Source: a virus. Taken from it: a stretch of 64,000 nt of DNA. The translations under genes and the position numbers were made by a program. Where the stretch lies: IMG/VR virus record IMGVR_UViG_3300027706_000269, positions 1 to 64,000 of that record; one strand, 5' to 3'. This document shows, piece after piece, positions 18,106-27,519 of this stretch. The notes beneath the pieces are model-generated. The model did not search any database. It was not told where the DNA came from and saw nothing but the letters and a program-made list of their open reading frames with translations. The stretch's first letter is position 1. The number at the start of each line of letters is the position of its first letter.

Positions 18106-18327
18106 CTACTTGTAGCCGCTGTCTTTCATGCGCCGCACGTATTCGTCCAACGGCATCCCTGATCGGTCGAAGACCTCCTTCCCAGTAAAGCCCGTCCTGG
18201 GAGTGCGAGGCTCAAATCCCTTGCGGCCCTTCTCGGCAGGAATACCAATCTTGCATTCGGGGCAGACGGTAGGCGGGGCAGCGTCGATTACGGCCCGACA
18301 TGCTGGGCAGCGAATGGTCTTCTTCAT
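18106..18327 (-). CDS. Small zinc-ribbon moron protein (73 aa)
   Basis: CPAC...CPEC. GGGAGA RBS and an upstream TGcGATAAT extended -10. Lower GC than the flanks. Confidence 0.6.
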   Translation of the reverse strand: MKKTIRCPACRAVIDAAPPTVCPECKIGIPAEKGRKGFEPRTPRTGFTGKEVFDRSGMPLDEYVRRMKDSGYK

Positions 18328-18406
18328 GGTTCTCCCAGATTCCGCAGCAGGCGTTTCCAACGGACGTAATTATCGCAATCACTATCTCGATTGAATACAT
18401 GGCGCC

Positions 18407-18775
18407 TCAGGCGGAAATTGCTTCGTCGGTGATCGCACAGTGAATCACGAAGCCCGTCAGGTACGGCAGGCCGCGCGGGATGCCGTACTGCTTGCTGGTC
18501 TGACGGCCGATCGTCCAGCCCATCCATTGCCGGGTGGCGGCGTGGATTGCTTCCTCCAGCGTCTGACCGCGGTACAGACCGCTGTGCACCTCGTCCGCGA
18601 AGTGGCGGCCGTGGCGGCTGTCGAGGAAGATCCGCACCGATTCGAGGGACTCTCCGGTGGCATCCGAGACGGTGGTCATCGCCAGGCGCCAGGCGGCCTC
18701 GGCCTGCTCGTTCATCGTGCCCCAGAAGCCCCAGGCGTCGTTCTGGGTGCCGGGGATGGTCTGCTGGATCGTCAT
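18407..18775 (-). CDS. Hypothetical moron protein (122 aa)
   Basis: Clean ORF preceded by the repeated 31-bp motif. Confidence 0.75.
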   Translation of the reverse strand: MTIQQTIPGTQNDAWGFWGTMNEQAEAAWRLAMTTVSDATGESLESVRIFLDSRHGRHFADEVHSGLYRGQTLEEAIHAATRQWMGWTIGRQTSKQYGIPRGLPYLTGFVIHCAITDEAISA

Positions 18776-18811
18776 GGTGGTACCCGTTCTGTGGATCGTT
18801 GCGATGCGTCT

Positions 18812-18842
18812 ATGAACGCGCTGTTCGATCAGGAAGCCAAGC
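18812..18842 (-). promoter_or_regulatory. 31-bp motif, copy 2
   Basis: ATGAACGCGCTGTTCGATCAGGAAGCCAAGC. Confidence 0.75.
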
Positions 18843-18872
18843 TCTTCTCGGCCTCCTTCTCGATCTTTCTGC

Positions 18873-19403
18873 TCAGACGACCCGGTAGATCCGTTCGCCG
18901 CCCTGCGGCTTCTCGGAGACGATGGCGAGACCCAGCTTCTTCTTGAAGGCGCCAGCGAAGGTGCCGCGTACCGTGTGCGGCTGCCAGCCGGTGGCCTCGC
19001 AGATCTGGCGGACCGTCGCGCCCTCAGGGCGCTTGAGCATGCGGATCACGTCGGCCTGCTTGCTGTTCTCGCGGGTACGCGGCTTCTCAGTCGGGCGCTC
19101 CTGCGCCCAGGTTGCCTCGGCGGCAGTCACGGCAGCCTCGATCTCAGGGTCCGCCTCAATCGGTGCGGCGGCAGGCGCGGCCGGTTCGGGGCGCTGGCGT
19201 CCCAGCGCGTCGTAACCCTCGGCCGCCACGAAGCAGTCGGTGCCGTCGGTCGTGATCAGCGCGCGGCTGAAGAGACCGTCGAACACCTTCTTGCGGGCGC
19301 CGCCTTTGATGTTGTCGGGGAACCAGACGATCTTGCCGTCGGTGTGCTCCAGGGCGTAGGCCAGGATGGCGTGCTGGGCGGGGGTCAGGGTGATAGTGGT
19401 CAT
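18873..19403 (-). CDS. DUF3489 family protein
   Basis: RENSKQADVIRMLKRPEGATV..ICEATGWQPHTVRG...KKKLGL...RIYR. AAGGAG RBS. Confidence 0.85.
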   Translation of the reverse strand: MTTITLTPAQHAILAYALEHTDGKIVWFPDNIKGGARKKVFDGLFSRALITTDGTDCFVAAEGYDALGRQRPEPAAPAAAPIEADPEIEAAVTAAEATWAQERPTEKPRTRENSKQADVIRMLKRPEGATVRQICEATGWQPHTVRGTFAGAFKKKLGLAIVSEKPQGGERIYRVV

Positions 19404-19439
19404 GGGCTGCTCCTTCGCAGGGGTTGATTGGGTGACGTG

Positions 19440-19470
19440 ATGAACGCGCTGTTCGCGTGTGAAGCCAAGC
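19440..19470 (-). promoter_or_regulatory. 31-bp motif, copy 3
   Basis: ATGAACGCGCTGTTCGCGTGTGAAGCCAAGC. Its end forms a perfect 10-bp inverted repeat with 19478-19487. Confidence 0.75.
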
Positions 19471-19497
19471 GCTGTCTGCTTGGCTTCGCGCTGTGAG

Positions 19498-19764
19498 TCA
19501 GGTCTTGCGCAGCACCGCGATGCCGGCTTGCGCGAGTTCCAAGGCAGCGGCGTGGAACGCCATCTCGCCGACCCACGGCGCAGCCCGCGCGTCGTCGAGC
19601 AACTGGTCGATGACCGGCCTGGCCTTGGCGCGCATCGCCGCGCAGGCGGCCTCCAGGTCGTCGCGGCTGGCGGCGGCCACCTCGTTACGGCAACTGCGCA
19701 CGAGGACCGTCAGCGCAGCTTCCGCCAGCTTGGTGGCCAAGGTGTCGGGGGTGTTGGTGTTCAT
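19498..19764 (-). CDS. Hypothetical moron protein (88 aa)
   Basis: MNTNTPDTLATK... AGGA RBS; preceded by the repeated motif. Confidence 0.7.
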   Translation of the reverse strand: MNTNTPDTLATKLAEAALTVLVRSCRNEVAAASRDDLEAACAAMRAKARPVIDQLLDDARAAPWVGEMAFHAAALELAQAGIAVLRKT

Positions 19765-19799
19765 CGGGCGTCCTGTGAGCGGGTTGTTGGCGTGACGTG

Positions 19800-19830
19800 A
19801 TGAACGCGCTGTTCCGGATGGAAGCCAAGC
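19800..19830 (-). promoter_or_regulatory. 31-bp motif, copy 4
   Basis: ATGAACGCGCTGTTCCGGATGGAAGCCAAGC. Shares ~50 bp of context with copy 3. Confidence 0.75.
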
Positions 19831-19882
19831 GCTATCTGCTTGTGTTGGCGAAGGGCTGACGATGAATTGATCGAAGAGGGCA

Positions 19883-20410
19883 ATGGGAATCTCGATTCGG
19901 GCGTACGCCCGCCACCGAGGCGTGACCGACACGGCCGTGCACAAGGCCATCCGTACCGGACGCATTACGCCGGAGGAAGACGGCACCATCGACGTCGACA
20001 GGGCAGATCGCGAGTGGGCGCGCAACTCCGAGGCGCCCAAGGCAGGGACCCGCGCAAGAGCCGTTAAGGCCGCTGTGCCGGAGTCCGCGGCTGACGCGCC
20101 TGCCGGGCTGCCCGCGGGCGGTGCGTCGCTCCTGCAGGCGCGCACCGTGAACGAGGTGGTCAAGGCGCAAACGAACAAGGTGCGGCTCGCGCGCCTCAAG
20201 GGCGAACTGGTCGACCGCAACCAGGCCATCGCGCATGTGTTCAAGCTGGCCCGATCCGAGCGCGACGCGTGGTTGAACTGGCCGGCCCGCATCTCGGCGC
20301 AGATGGCCGCACGGCTCGACGTCGATCCTCACGCAATGCACATCGCGCTGGAGGCATCCGTGCGCGAGCACCTGCAGGAGCTGGGCGAACTTCGTCCTCG
20401 GGTGGACTGA
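19883..20410 (+). CDS. Terminase small subunit (Nu1-like)
   Basis: N-terminal HTH (SIRAYARHRGV...V.KAI..GRI) and GELVDR; coupled to the large subunit. Confidence 0.8.
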   Translation: MGISIRAYARHRGVTDTAVHKAIRTGRITPEEDGTIDVDRADREWARNSEAPKAGTRARAVKAAVPESAADAPAGLPAGGASLLQARTVNEVVKAQTNKVRLARLKGELVDRNQAIAHVFKLARSERDAWLNWPARISAQMAARLDVDPHAMHIALEASVREHLQELGELRPRVD

Positions 20411-22380
20411 TGCTGGACGTCGACTACGAGGGCGCCACCGAGATCGAGCGCGCCTGGCGCGAGGGACTGACACCGGACCCGTTGCTGACGGTGTCCGAGT
20501 GGTCGGACCGCCACCGGATGCTCTCCAGCAAGGCCTCCGCCGAGCCGGGGCGCTGGCGCACCAGCCGCACGCCGTACCTCAAGGCGATCATGGATTGCCT
20601 GTCGCCGACCTCGCCGGTCGAGCGGGTGGTGTTCATGAAGGCTGCCCAACTCGGCGCCACCGAGATGGGCTCGAACTGGATCGGCTACGTGATCCACCAC
20701 GCACCCGGGCCGATGATGGCGGTGTGGCCGACGGTGGAAATGGCCAAGCGCAACTCGAAGCAGCGCATCGACCCGCTGATCGAGGAGTCGTCCGCCTTGG
20801 CCGAACTGATCGCCCCGGCGCGCTCGCGCGACTCCGGCAACACGATCCTGGCCAAGGAGTTTCGGGGCGGCGTGCTGGTGATGACCGGTGCCAACAGCGC
20901 GGTTGGCCTGCGCTCGATGCCGGTTCGCTATCTGTTCCTCGACGAGGTGGATGGCTATCCCCTCGACGTCGAGGGCGAAGGCGACGCGATCTCGCTGGCC
21001 GAGGCGCGCACACGCACCTTCGCGCGCCGCAAGATCTTCATCGTCTCGACGCCGACGATTTCGGGCGCGAGCGCCATCGAGCGCGAGTACGAGGCGAGCG
21101 ATCAGCGCAGGTACTTCGTGCCGTGTCCGCACTGCTCGCACCGCCAGTGGTTGAGGTTCGAGCAACTTCGATGGGAGCGCGGCGAGCCCGAGTCGGCGGC
21201 CTACATCTGCGAGTCGTGCGACGCGCCGATTGTTGAGCACCACAAGACCTGGATGCTGGAGCACGGCGAGTGGCGCGCGATGGCCCCGGAGAACGGCTCC
21301 AAGACGGCAGGCTTTCACCTGTCCTCGCTGTACAGCCCGGTGGGCTGGCGCAGCTGGCGGGACATCGCCGCGGCCTGGGAGGCGGCGGTCAGCAAGGAGT
21401 CCGGGTCGGCCGCGGCGATCAAGACCTTCAAGAACACCGAACTCGGCGAGACCTGGGTCGAGGAAGGTGAAGCGCCTGACTGGCAACGACTGGTCGAGCG
21501 GCGTGAGGACTACCCGCTGGGCCGTGTGCCCGAGGGTGGGCTGCTGCTGGTGGGTGGCGCCGACGTGCAGAAGGATCGCATTGAGGCGTCGATCTGGGCG
21601 TTCGGGCGTGGTAAGGCCTCGTGGCTGGTGGAACACCGTGTGCTCATGGGTGACACCGCGCGAGACGCCGTGTGGAAACGCTTGGCGGAGCTGGTGGCGG
21701 AGCGTTGGACACACGCGTCGGGCGCCGCGATGCCGCTGGCCCGCTTCGCGCTCGACACGGGCTTTGCGACACAGGAGGCCTACGCCTTCGTTCGCGCCAG
21801 CCGTGACCCGCGCGTGATGCCTGTCAAGGGCGTTCCGCGCGGGGCCGCACTGATTGGCACGCCGACCGCGGTGGACGTCTCGCTCGCCGGCAAGAAGCTG
21901 CGCCGGGGCATCAAGGTCTACAGCGTGGCGGTCGGCATCGCCAAGCTGGAGCTCTACAACAACCTGCGCAAGAGCGCGGATGTGGGTGAGGACGGCCTGA
22001 GCGTGATCTACCCGGCCGGATTCGTTCACCTGCCGAAGATCGATGCGGAGTTCATCCAGCAGCTCTGTGCCGAGCAACTGATCACGCGCCGCGACCGCAA
22101 CGGCTTCCCGATTCGGGAGTGGCAGAAGGTGCGGGAGCGCAACGAGGCGCTGGACTGCTACGTGTACGCCCGGGCCGCCGCGAGCGCAGCCGGGCTGGAT
22201 CGCTTCGAGGAGCGCCACTGGCGCGAGCTCGAACGACAACTTGGGATGGACCGGCCACCGGATGAGCCGCCACCGATTCAGACATTCGACGCAGATGAGG
22301 CCACCCACAGCGGTGGCCTCGCTGCTTCTGGAGCCCGCATCACCGGCCGGCGCGTCATCAAGAGCCGCTGGATCGGTTGA
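20410..22380 (+). CDS. Terminase large subunit, lambda gpA family
   Basis: KAAQLGATE, FLDEVD, STPT, CPHC/CESC, GADVQ and NEALDC. Confidence 0.95.
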   Translation: MLDVDYEGATEIERAWREGLTPDPLLTVSEWSDRHRMLSSKASAEPGRWRTSRTPYLKAIMDCLSPTSPVERVVFMKAAQLGATEMGSNWIGYVIHHAPGPMMAVWPTVEMAKRNSKQRIDPLIEESSALAELIAPARSRDSGNTILAKEFRGGVLVMTGANSAVGLRSMPVRYLFLDEVDGYPLDVEGEGDAISLAEARTRTFARRKIFIVSTPTISGASAIEREYEASDQRRYFVPCPHCSHRQWLRFEQLRWERGEPESAAYICESCDAPIVEHHKTWMLEHGEWRAMAPENGSKTAGFHLSSLYSPVGWRSWRDIAAAWEAAVSKESGSAAAIKTFKNTELGETWVEEGEAPDWQRLVERREDYPLGRVPEGGLLLVGGADVQKDRIEASIWAFGRGKASWLVEHRVLMGDTARDAVWKRLAELVAERWTHASGAAMPLARFALDTGFATQEAYAFVRASRDPRVMPVKGVPRGAALIGTPTAVDVSLAGKKLRRGIKVYSVAVGIAKLELYNNLRKSADVGEDGLSVIYPAGFVHLPKIDAEFIQQLCAEQLITRRDRNGFPIREWQKVRERNEALDCYVYARAAASAAGLDRFEERHWRELERQLGMDRPPDEPPPIQTFDADEATHSGGLAASGARITGRRVIKSRWIG

Positions 22381-22403
22381 CCCGTTTGCCGCTGAGGATC
22401 TTA

Positions 22404-22610
22404 GTGACCTACACCACCACCCAACTCGACGCGCTCAAGCGTGCGCTGGCCACCGGCGAGCGCCGCGTGAGCTTCGCCGACAAGACCGTTGAGTACCGCT
22501 CGGTCGAGGAGCTGCAAGCGGCGATCCGCACCGTGGAGTCCGAACTCGCGCGCAGCGCTGGGGCGAGCCGCAAGCGCCAGATTCGGATCACGACGGCGAA
22601 GGGCTTCTGA
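22404..22610 (+). CDS. Head-tail joining protein (gpW-like)
   Basis: ALATGERRVSF.DKTVEYRS, located between terminase and portal. Confidence 0.82.
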   Translation: MTYTTTQLDALKRALATGERRVSFADKTVEYRSVEELQAAIRTVESELARSAGASRKRQIRITTAKGF

Positions 22611-24121
22611 TGTCCTGGGTCGCCAAACTCCGCGGCCTGTTCGGCCAGACGCCGGTTCACGAGGCGGCTGGGCGCGGTCGCCGCTCACTCGCCTGGATGC
22701 CGGGCAACCCCGGCGCGGTGGCCGCCATGCTGGCCACCAGCGCCGAGCTGCGCGTCAAGAGCCGCGACCTGGTGCGCCGCAATGCGTGGGCGCAGGCCGG
22801 GATCGAAGCCTTCGTCGCCAACGCCGTCGGCACCGGCATCAAGCCGCAGAGCCTGTCCACGGACGAACGCTTCAAGACGGAGGTCCAGGCTCTGTGGCGC
22901 GACTGGACCGAGGAAGCAGACGCGGCCGGCCAGACCGACTTCTATGGTCTGCAGGCGCTGGCTTGTCGCGCGATGCTCGAAGGTGGGGAGTGCCTGATCC
23001 GTCTGCGTCCCCGCCGGCCAGAGGACGGACTCGCGGTGCCACTGCAGCTTCAATTGCTGGAACCCGAGCATCTGCCGATCAGCCTCAACACCGAGCTGCC
23101 CTCCGGCAACGTGGTGCGCGCCGGTATCGAGTTCGATGCGTTGGGGCGCCGAGTGGCCTACCACCTGTACCGCTCGCACCCGGAGGACGGTCGGCTGGCG
23201 CCGATGTCGGGCCAGGGAGGACTGGACACGGTCCGCATCCCAGCGTCCGAGATCATCCACCTCTACCGCGTTCTGCGCCCCGGACAGATCCGCGGCGAGC
23301 CGTGGCTGTCCCGGGCCCTGGTCAAGCTCAACGAACTCGACCAGTACGACGACGCCGAGCTGGTGCGCAAGAAGACCGCTGCGATGTTCGCCGGCTTCGT
23401 GACCCGCCAGAGCCCCGAGGACAACCTGATGGGCGAAGGCGCCGCGAACGACGACGGCATCGCACTTGCCGGTCTGGAGCCCGGAACGCTGCAGATCCTG
23501 GAGCCGGGCGAGGACATCAAGTTCTCCGACCCGGCCGATGTGGGCGGCTCGTACTCCGAGTTCCTGCGCACCCAGTTCCGTGCCGTGGCGGCCGCCATTG
23601 GCGTGACCTACGAGCAGCTGACCGGTGATCTCACCGGGGTCAACTACTCGTCCATCCGCGCCGGGATGCTGGAGTTCCGCCGCCGCTGCGAGATGGTCCA
23701 ACACGGCGTGCTGGTGCACCAGATGTGCCGACCGGTGTGGGCGGCGTGGATGAAGCAGGCCGTGCTGGCTGGCGCACTCGATGCGCCGGGCTTCGCCCGA
23801 GGCGGCGCCGCCAGGCGACGGCAGTACCTGCAGGCCAAGTGGATTCCGCAGGGCTGGCAGTGGGTTGACCCCGAGAAGGAGTTCAAGGCCATGCTGCTCG
23901 CCATCCGCGCGGGCCTCATGAGCCGCTCCGAGGCCATCTCGGCTTTCGGCTACGACGCCGAGGACGTCGACCGCGAGATCGCCGCCGACAACCGCCGCGC
24001 CGACGACCTCGGCCTGATCTTCGATTCCGATCCGCGCCGCACGTCCAAGGACGGCGCGAACTTGGCAGACACGGCCGAGCCGAACCGAAGCGCAGGCGAC
24101 ACCACGGCCTCATCGACCTGA
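22610..24121 (+). CDS. Portal protein, lambda family
   Basis: SRDLVRRN, GQIRGEP, LTGD...VNYSSIRAG and WVDPEKE. Confidence 0.95.
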   Translation: MSWVAKLRGLFGQTPVHEAAGRGRRSLAWMPGNPGAVAAMLATSAELRVKSRDLVRRNAWAQAGIEAFVANAVGTGIKPQSLSTDERFKTEVQALWRDWTEEADAAGQTDFYGLQALACRAMLEGGECLIRLRPRRPEDGLAVPLQLQLLEPEHLPISLNTELPSGNVVRAGIEFDALGRRVAYHLYRSHPEDGRLAPMSGQGGLDTVRIPASEIIHLYRVLRPGQIRGEPWLSRALVKLNELDQYDDAELVRKKTAAMFAGFVTRQSPEDNLMGEGAANDDGIALAGLEPGTLQILEPGEDIKFSDPADVGGSYSEFLRTQFRAVAAAIGVTYEQLTGDLTGVNYSSIRAGMLEFRRRCEMVQHGVLVHQMCRPVWAAWMKQAVLAGALDAPGFARGGAARRRQYLQAKWIPQGWQWVDPEKEFKAMLLAIRAGLMSRSEAISAFGYDAEDVDREIAADNRRADDLGLIFDSDPRRTSKDGANLADTAEPNRSAGDTTASST

Positions 24122-24141
24122 GGCGAACTGAAGGACTACCC

Positions 24142-25362
24142 ATGACCCTGTTGCCCCACGTGGCGGCGCGTCTCTTTGGCGCGCCGCTGCTGATCCATCG
24201 CCCGAAGCTCGACGTGATCCTGGCCGTCCTCGGTCCCCGCGTGGGTTTGACGGACCTCGCCGCACCTGCCGGCTACACGCCGCCGGAGCGCAGCCCCAGC
24301 CACGCAAACGCGAAGGTGGCGGTGATTCCGATCCACGGCACGCTGGTGCGCCGAACCATCGGCCTCGAGGCGGCATCAGGCCTGACCAGCTACGCGAGCA
24401 TCGGTGAGCAGATCGATGCGGCGCTGGCCAACCCGGACGTGGCGGCCATCCTGCTGGACGTGGACTCACCGGGCGGCGAGTCGGGCGGCGTCTTTGACCT
24501 CGCCGACCGCATCCGCGCGGCCGCGCAGATCAAGCCGGTGTGGGCCGTGGCCAACGACATGGCCTTCTCCGCGGCCTACGCACTGGCTTCGGCGGCCACC
24601 AAGGTGTACGTCTCGCGCACCGGCGGTGTGGGTTCCATCGGCGTCATCGCGATGCACGTCGACCAGTCCGTCAAGGACGCGCAGGACGGCGTTCGCTACA
24701 CCGCCGTCTTTGCTGGCGACCGCAAGAACGATCTCAACCCGCACGAGCCGATCTCCGATGAGGCCCACGCCTTCCTCCAGGCGGAAGTGAACCGGGTCTA
24801 CGGCCTGTTCGTCGAGACGGTGGCCCGTCACCGGGGCATCGAACCGTGCGCGGTGCGCGACACCGAAGCCGGTCTGTTCTTCGGCCAGGCCGCCATCGCC
24901 ATGGGCCTGGCCGACGCCATCGGCACTTTCGATGACGCCCTCGCGCAGCTCGCCGCCTCGCTTTCCTCATCCCCGATGGCGATTGCCGCCCGGGGGCCTT
25001 TCCTCAACCTCCAGACGGAGTCCTCCATGAATGATCGATCCGACCCCGCTGCTGCTGATCGGCCTGCTGCTGATCGCACTGGCAGCGTTCAACAACCGGC
25101 GCCCGCCACCGCAATGAGCATGGCCGACGCCATCGAGATCGCCCAGACCTGCACGCTGGCAGGACGCGCCGATCTGATCGCCGGCTTCCTCGAAGCCAAC
25201 ACGACGCCGGCAAAGGTGCGAAGTCATCTCCTCGCCGCGCAAGCCGATGCGTCGCCCGAGATCGTGACGCGCATCGCACCGGAGGCTGCCGTCAGCAACC
25301 CGCTGGTCGATGCGGCCAAGCAACTGGCCGCGAAGTCCGCTGCCTTGAAGAAGGAGATCTGA
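24142..25362 (+). CDS. S49 prohead protease (gpC-like)
   Basis: DVDSPGG, AFSAAYALA and GSIGV. Confidence 0.92.
   Translation: MTLLPHVAARLFGAPLLIHRPKLDVILAVLGPRVGLTDLAAPAGYTPPERSPSHANAKVAVIPIHGTLVRRTIGLEAASGLTSYASIGEQIDAALANPDVAAILLDVDSPGGESGGVFDLADRIRAAAQIKPVWAVANDMAFSAAYALASAATKVYVSRTGGVGSIGVIAMHVDQSVKDAQDGVRYTAVFAGDRKNDLNPHEPISDEAHAFLQAEVNRVYGLFVETVARHRGIEPCAVRDTEAGLFFGQAAIAMGLADAIGTFDDALAQLAASLSSSPMAIAARGPFLNLQTESSMNDRSDPAAADRPAADRTGSVQQPAPATAMSMADAIEIAQTCTLAGRADLIAGFLEANTTPAKVRSHLLAAQADASPEIVTRIAPEAAVSNPLVDAAKQLAAKSAALKKEI
25027..25362 (+). CDS. Nested scaffold protein (Nu3-like)
   Basis: In-frame internal ATG with a GGAG RBS, as in lambda C/Nu3. Confidence 0.55.
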   Translation: MNDRSDPAAADRPAADRTGSVQQPAPATAMSMADAIEIAQTCTLAGRADLIAGFLEANTTPAKVRSHLLAAQADASPEIVTRIAPEAAVSNPLVDAAKQLAAKSAALKKEI

Positions 25363-25363
25363 C

Positions 25364-25744
25364 ATGCCGACCGTGTTCACCGAATCGATGAACCTGGGCG
25401 ACCTGCTCAAGTACGAGGCGCCCAATCTGTACTCGCGCGACCGCGTGACGGTGGCTGCCGGCCAGAACCTGCCACTCGGCGCGGTCGTGGGCATGGTCAC
25501 CGCCACGGGCAAGGTCAAGCAGATCGACCCGTCGGCCACTGACGGCACCCAGGTCGCTGCAGGCGTCCTGATGCAAGCCTGTGACGCTGCGCTGGCCGAG
25601 CGCACGGACGGCCTGATCGTGGCCCGCCACGCCATCGTCGCCGACCACGCCCTGCAGTGGCCCACCGGCATCACCACCGGCGAACAGCAGGCCGCCATTG
25701 CCCAGCTCAAGGCGCTGGGCGTTCTCGTTCGCCAGGGAGTCTGA
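25364..25744 (+). CDS. Head decoration protein (gpD-like)
   Basis: YSRDRVTV...ATDGTQVAAGVL; lies before the major capsid gene. Confidence 0.85.
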   Translation: MPTVFTESMNLGDLLKYEAPNLYSRDRVTVAAGQNLPLGAVVGMVTATGKVKQIDPSATDGTQVAAGVLMQACDAALAERTDGLIVARHAIVADHALQWPTGITTGEQQAAIAQLKALGVLVRQGV

Positions 25745-25746
25745 CC

Positions 25747-26766
25747 ATGCAGAACATCTTCGAAAACCCCGCCTTCTCGATGTCGGCGCTGACCACCGCC
25801 ATCAACCTGCTGCCCAACAACTACGACCGCCTGGGCGCCATGGGTCTCTTTGTCGACAAGCCGCAGCGCTTCCGTTCGGTCATCGTCGAGGAGCACAACG
25901 GCGTGCTCACGCTGCTGCCGACCATGCCCCCCGGCTCGCCGGGCACCGTGGGCGTGCGTGGCAAGCGCAAGGTGCGTTCCTTCACCATTCCCCACATCCC
26001 GCACGACGACGTGATCCTGCCCGAGGAGGTCCAGGGCATCCGCGCCTTCGGCTCCGAGACGGAGCTGCAGACCGTGGCCGGCGTGATGGCGCAGCACCTG
26101 CAGACGATGCGCAACAAGCACGCGATCACGCTGGAGCATCTGCGCTTTGGTGCGCTCAAGGGGCTGATCCTCGATGCCGACGGCAGCGTGATCTACAACC
26201 TGTACGACGAATTCGGCATCGCGGCGAAGACCTTCGCGTGGGACATCGCCGCGCACGACAGCGACTTTGACGTTGGCAAGGCCTGCCGGGAACTGCTGCG
26301 CTACGTCGAGGACAACCTGCAGGGCGAACGGATGACTGGCCTCCATGTGTTCGTCGGCAAGGACTTCTTCGAGGCGCTCACCGCGCACGACGATGTCATC
26401 GCGGCCTACGAACGCTGGCAGGACGGCTTGGCGCTGCGTTCGGATATGCGCTCGGGCTTCACCTTCTGCGGCATCACCTTCGAGGAGCATCGAGGCCGCG
26501 CGACCGCGCCCGGTGGCAGCGTGCGCCGCTTCGTCGAGGAGGACGAGGGGCACGCCTTCCCGCTGGGCACGATGGACACCTTCGCCACCTACTACGCCCC
26601 GGCCGACTTCAACGAGACGGCCAACACGGTGGCGCTGCCCCTGTACGCCAAGCAGGAGCCGCGCAAGTTCGACCGTGGCACTGATCTGCACACCCAGGCC
26701 AACCCGCTGCCGCTGTGCCACCGCCCGGCACTGCTGGTCAAGCTCGTGATGGGCGCCGACGCATGA
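25747..26766 (+). CDS. Major capsid protein (gpE family)
   Basis: SALTTAIN, TLEHLRFGALKG and QANPLPLCHRP; synteny. Confidence 0.9.
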   Translation: MQNIFENPAFSMSALTTAINLLPNNYDRLGAMGLFVDKPQRFRSVIVEEHNGVLTLLPTMPPGSPGTVGVRGKRKVRSFTIPHIPHDDVILPEEVQGIRAFGSETELQTVAGVMAQHLQTMRNKHAITLEHLRFGALKGLILDADGSVIYNLYDEFGIAAKTFAWDIAAHDSDFDVGKACRELLRYVEDNLQGERMTGLHVFVGKDFFEALTAHDDVIAAYERWQDGLALRSDMRSGFTFCGITFEEHRGRATAPGGSVRRFVEEDEGHAFPLGTMDTFATYYAPADFNETANTVALPLYAKQEPRKFDRGTDLHTQANPLPLCHRPALLVKLVMGADA

Positions 26767-27065
26767 GCCTCGTCGAGCAGGTCTACGCCGCGGCCGCCAA
26801 CGCCGGTCTGCTGAAGGAGTGCCTTTGGCAGCCAGCAGATGGCGCGCCCGTCGAGTCGCGGCTGGTGGGCTTCTCGGCCCCGGACGACACGTTGCTCGAC
26901 GGGCTCGCCAGCAGCACCGAGTACGTCATCACCTACCCGGCCTCAGCCTTCGTGGGTCTCGCTGCCCGCGACACGGTCTTGATCGTGGGCGCGAGCTTCC
27001 AGGTGCGCGAGGTCCGGGCAGTGGGCGACGGCGCGGAGATGCGCGCCAAGCTGACCCGGCTGTAA
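26763..27065 (+). CDS. Head-tail connector/closure protein
   Basis: Size and position after the capsid gene; VRAVGDG.E motif. Confidence 0.7.
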   Translation: MSLVEQVYAAAANAGLLKECLWQPADGAPVESRLVGFSAPDDTLLDGLASSTEYVITYPASAFVGLAARDTVLIVGASFQVREVRAVGDGAEMRAKLTRL

Positions 27066-27068
27066 CCC

Positions 27069-27515
27069 ATGGCCGATCAATCGATCCGCGAGCAGATCCT
27101 GCTGGCGGTGATGGCGGCTGTGCGTCCCGCGGCTGAGCGGTTGGGCGCCACGGTCCACCGTTCCCCGACGGTGGCCATCGGCCGGGAGCAATGCCCGGCC
27201 CTGGTGGTGTTTGCCGAGGGCGAGGCGATCACCGAGCGCGCCAACGACCGCGTCACGCGCGAGTTGACCGTTCGCATCGTCGCCCTGGCCCGGGCTGTGC
27301 CGCCCATCGCACCCGAGACCGAGGCCGATCGCTTGCTCACCGCGGCGCACGCTGCGTTGATGGCCGACCTGAACCTCGGTGGCCTGGCCCTCGGTATCCG
27401 CGAGCAGGAGTGCGATTGGGAGGTGGAAGACGCGGACGCCGTGGCCGCCGCCATCCCGGCGCGCTACGCGATCACCTACCGAACGCTGGCGCGCGACCTC
27501 TCCTTACCAGGATGA
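27069..27515 (+). CDS. Tail terminator/completion-like protein
   Basis: SIREQIL...YAITYRT; position before the tail tube. Confidence 0.65.
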   Translation: MADQSIREQILLAVMAAVRPAAERLGATVHRSPTVAIGREQCPALVVFAEGEAITERANDRVTRELTVRIVALARAVPPIAPETEADRLLTAAHAALMADLNLGGLALGIREQECDWEVEDADAVAAAIPARYAITYRTLARDLSLPG

Positions 27516-27519
27516 CCCC

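Noticed and set aside
18814-18826. GAAC-N5-GTTC as a LexA box
   Set aside because: It matches neither the CTGT-N8-ACAG box expected for this host group nor the GAAC-N4-GTTC Gram-positive box.
18812-19830. 31-bp repeats as a CRISPR array or integron attC sites
   Set aside because: Spacing is 628 and 360 bp with whole genes between, the centre is variable, attC boxes are absent and there is no integron integrase.
25048-25078. Short tandem duplication (AADRP-AADR) in the scaffold region
   Set aside because: In-frame low-complexity linker with no sign of further function.
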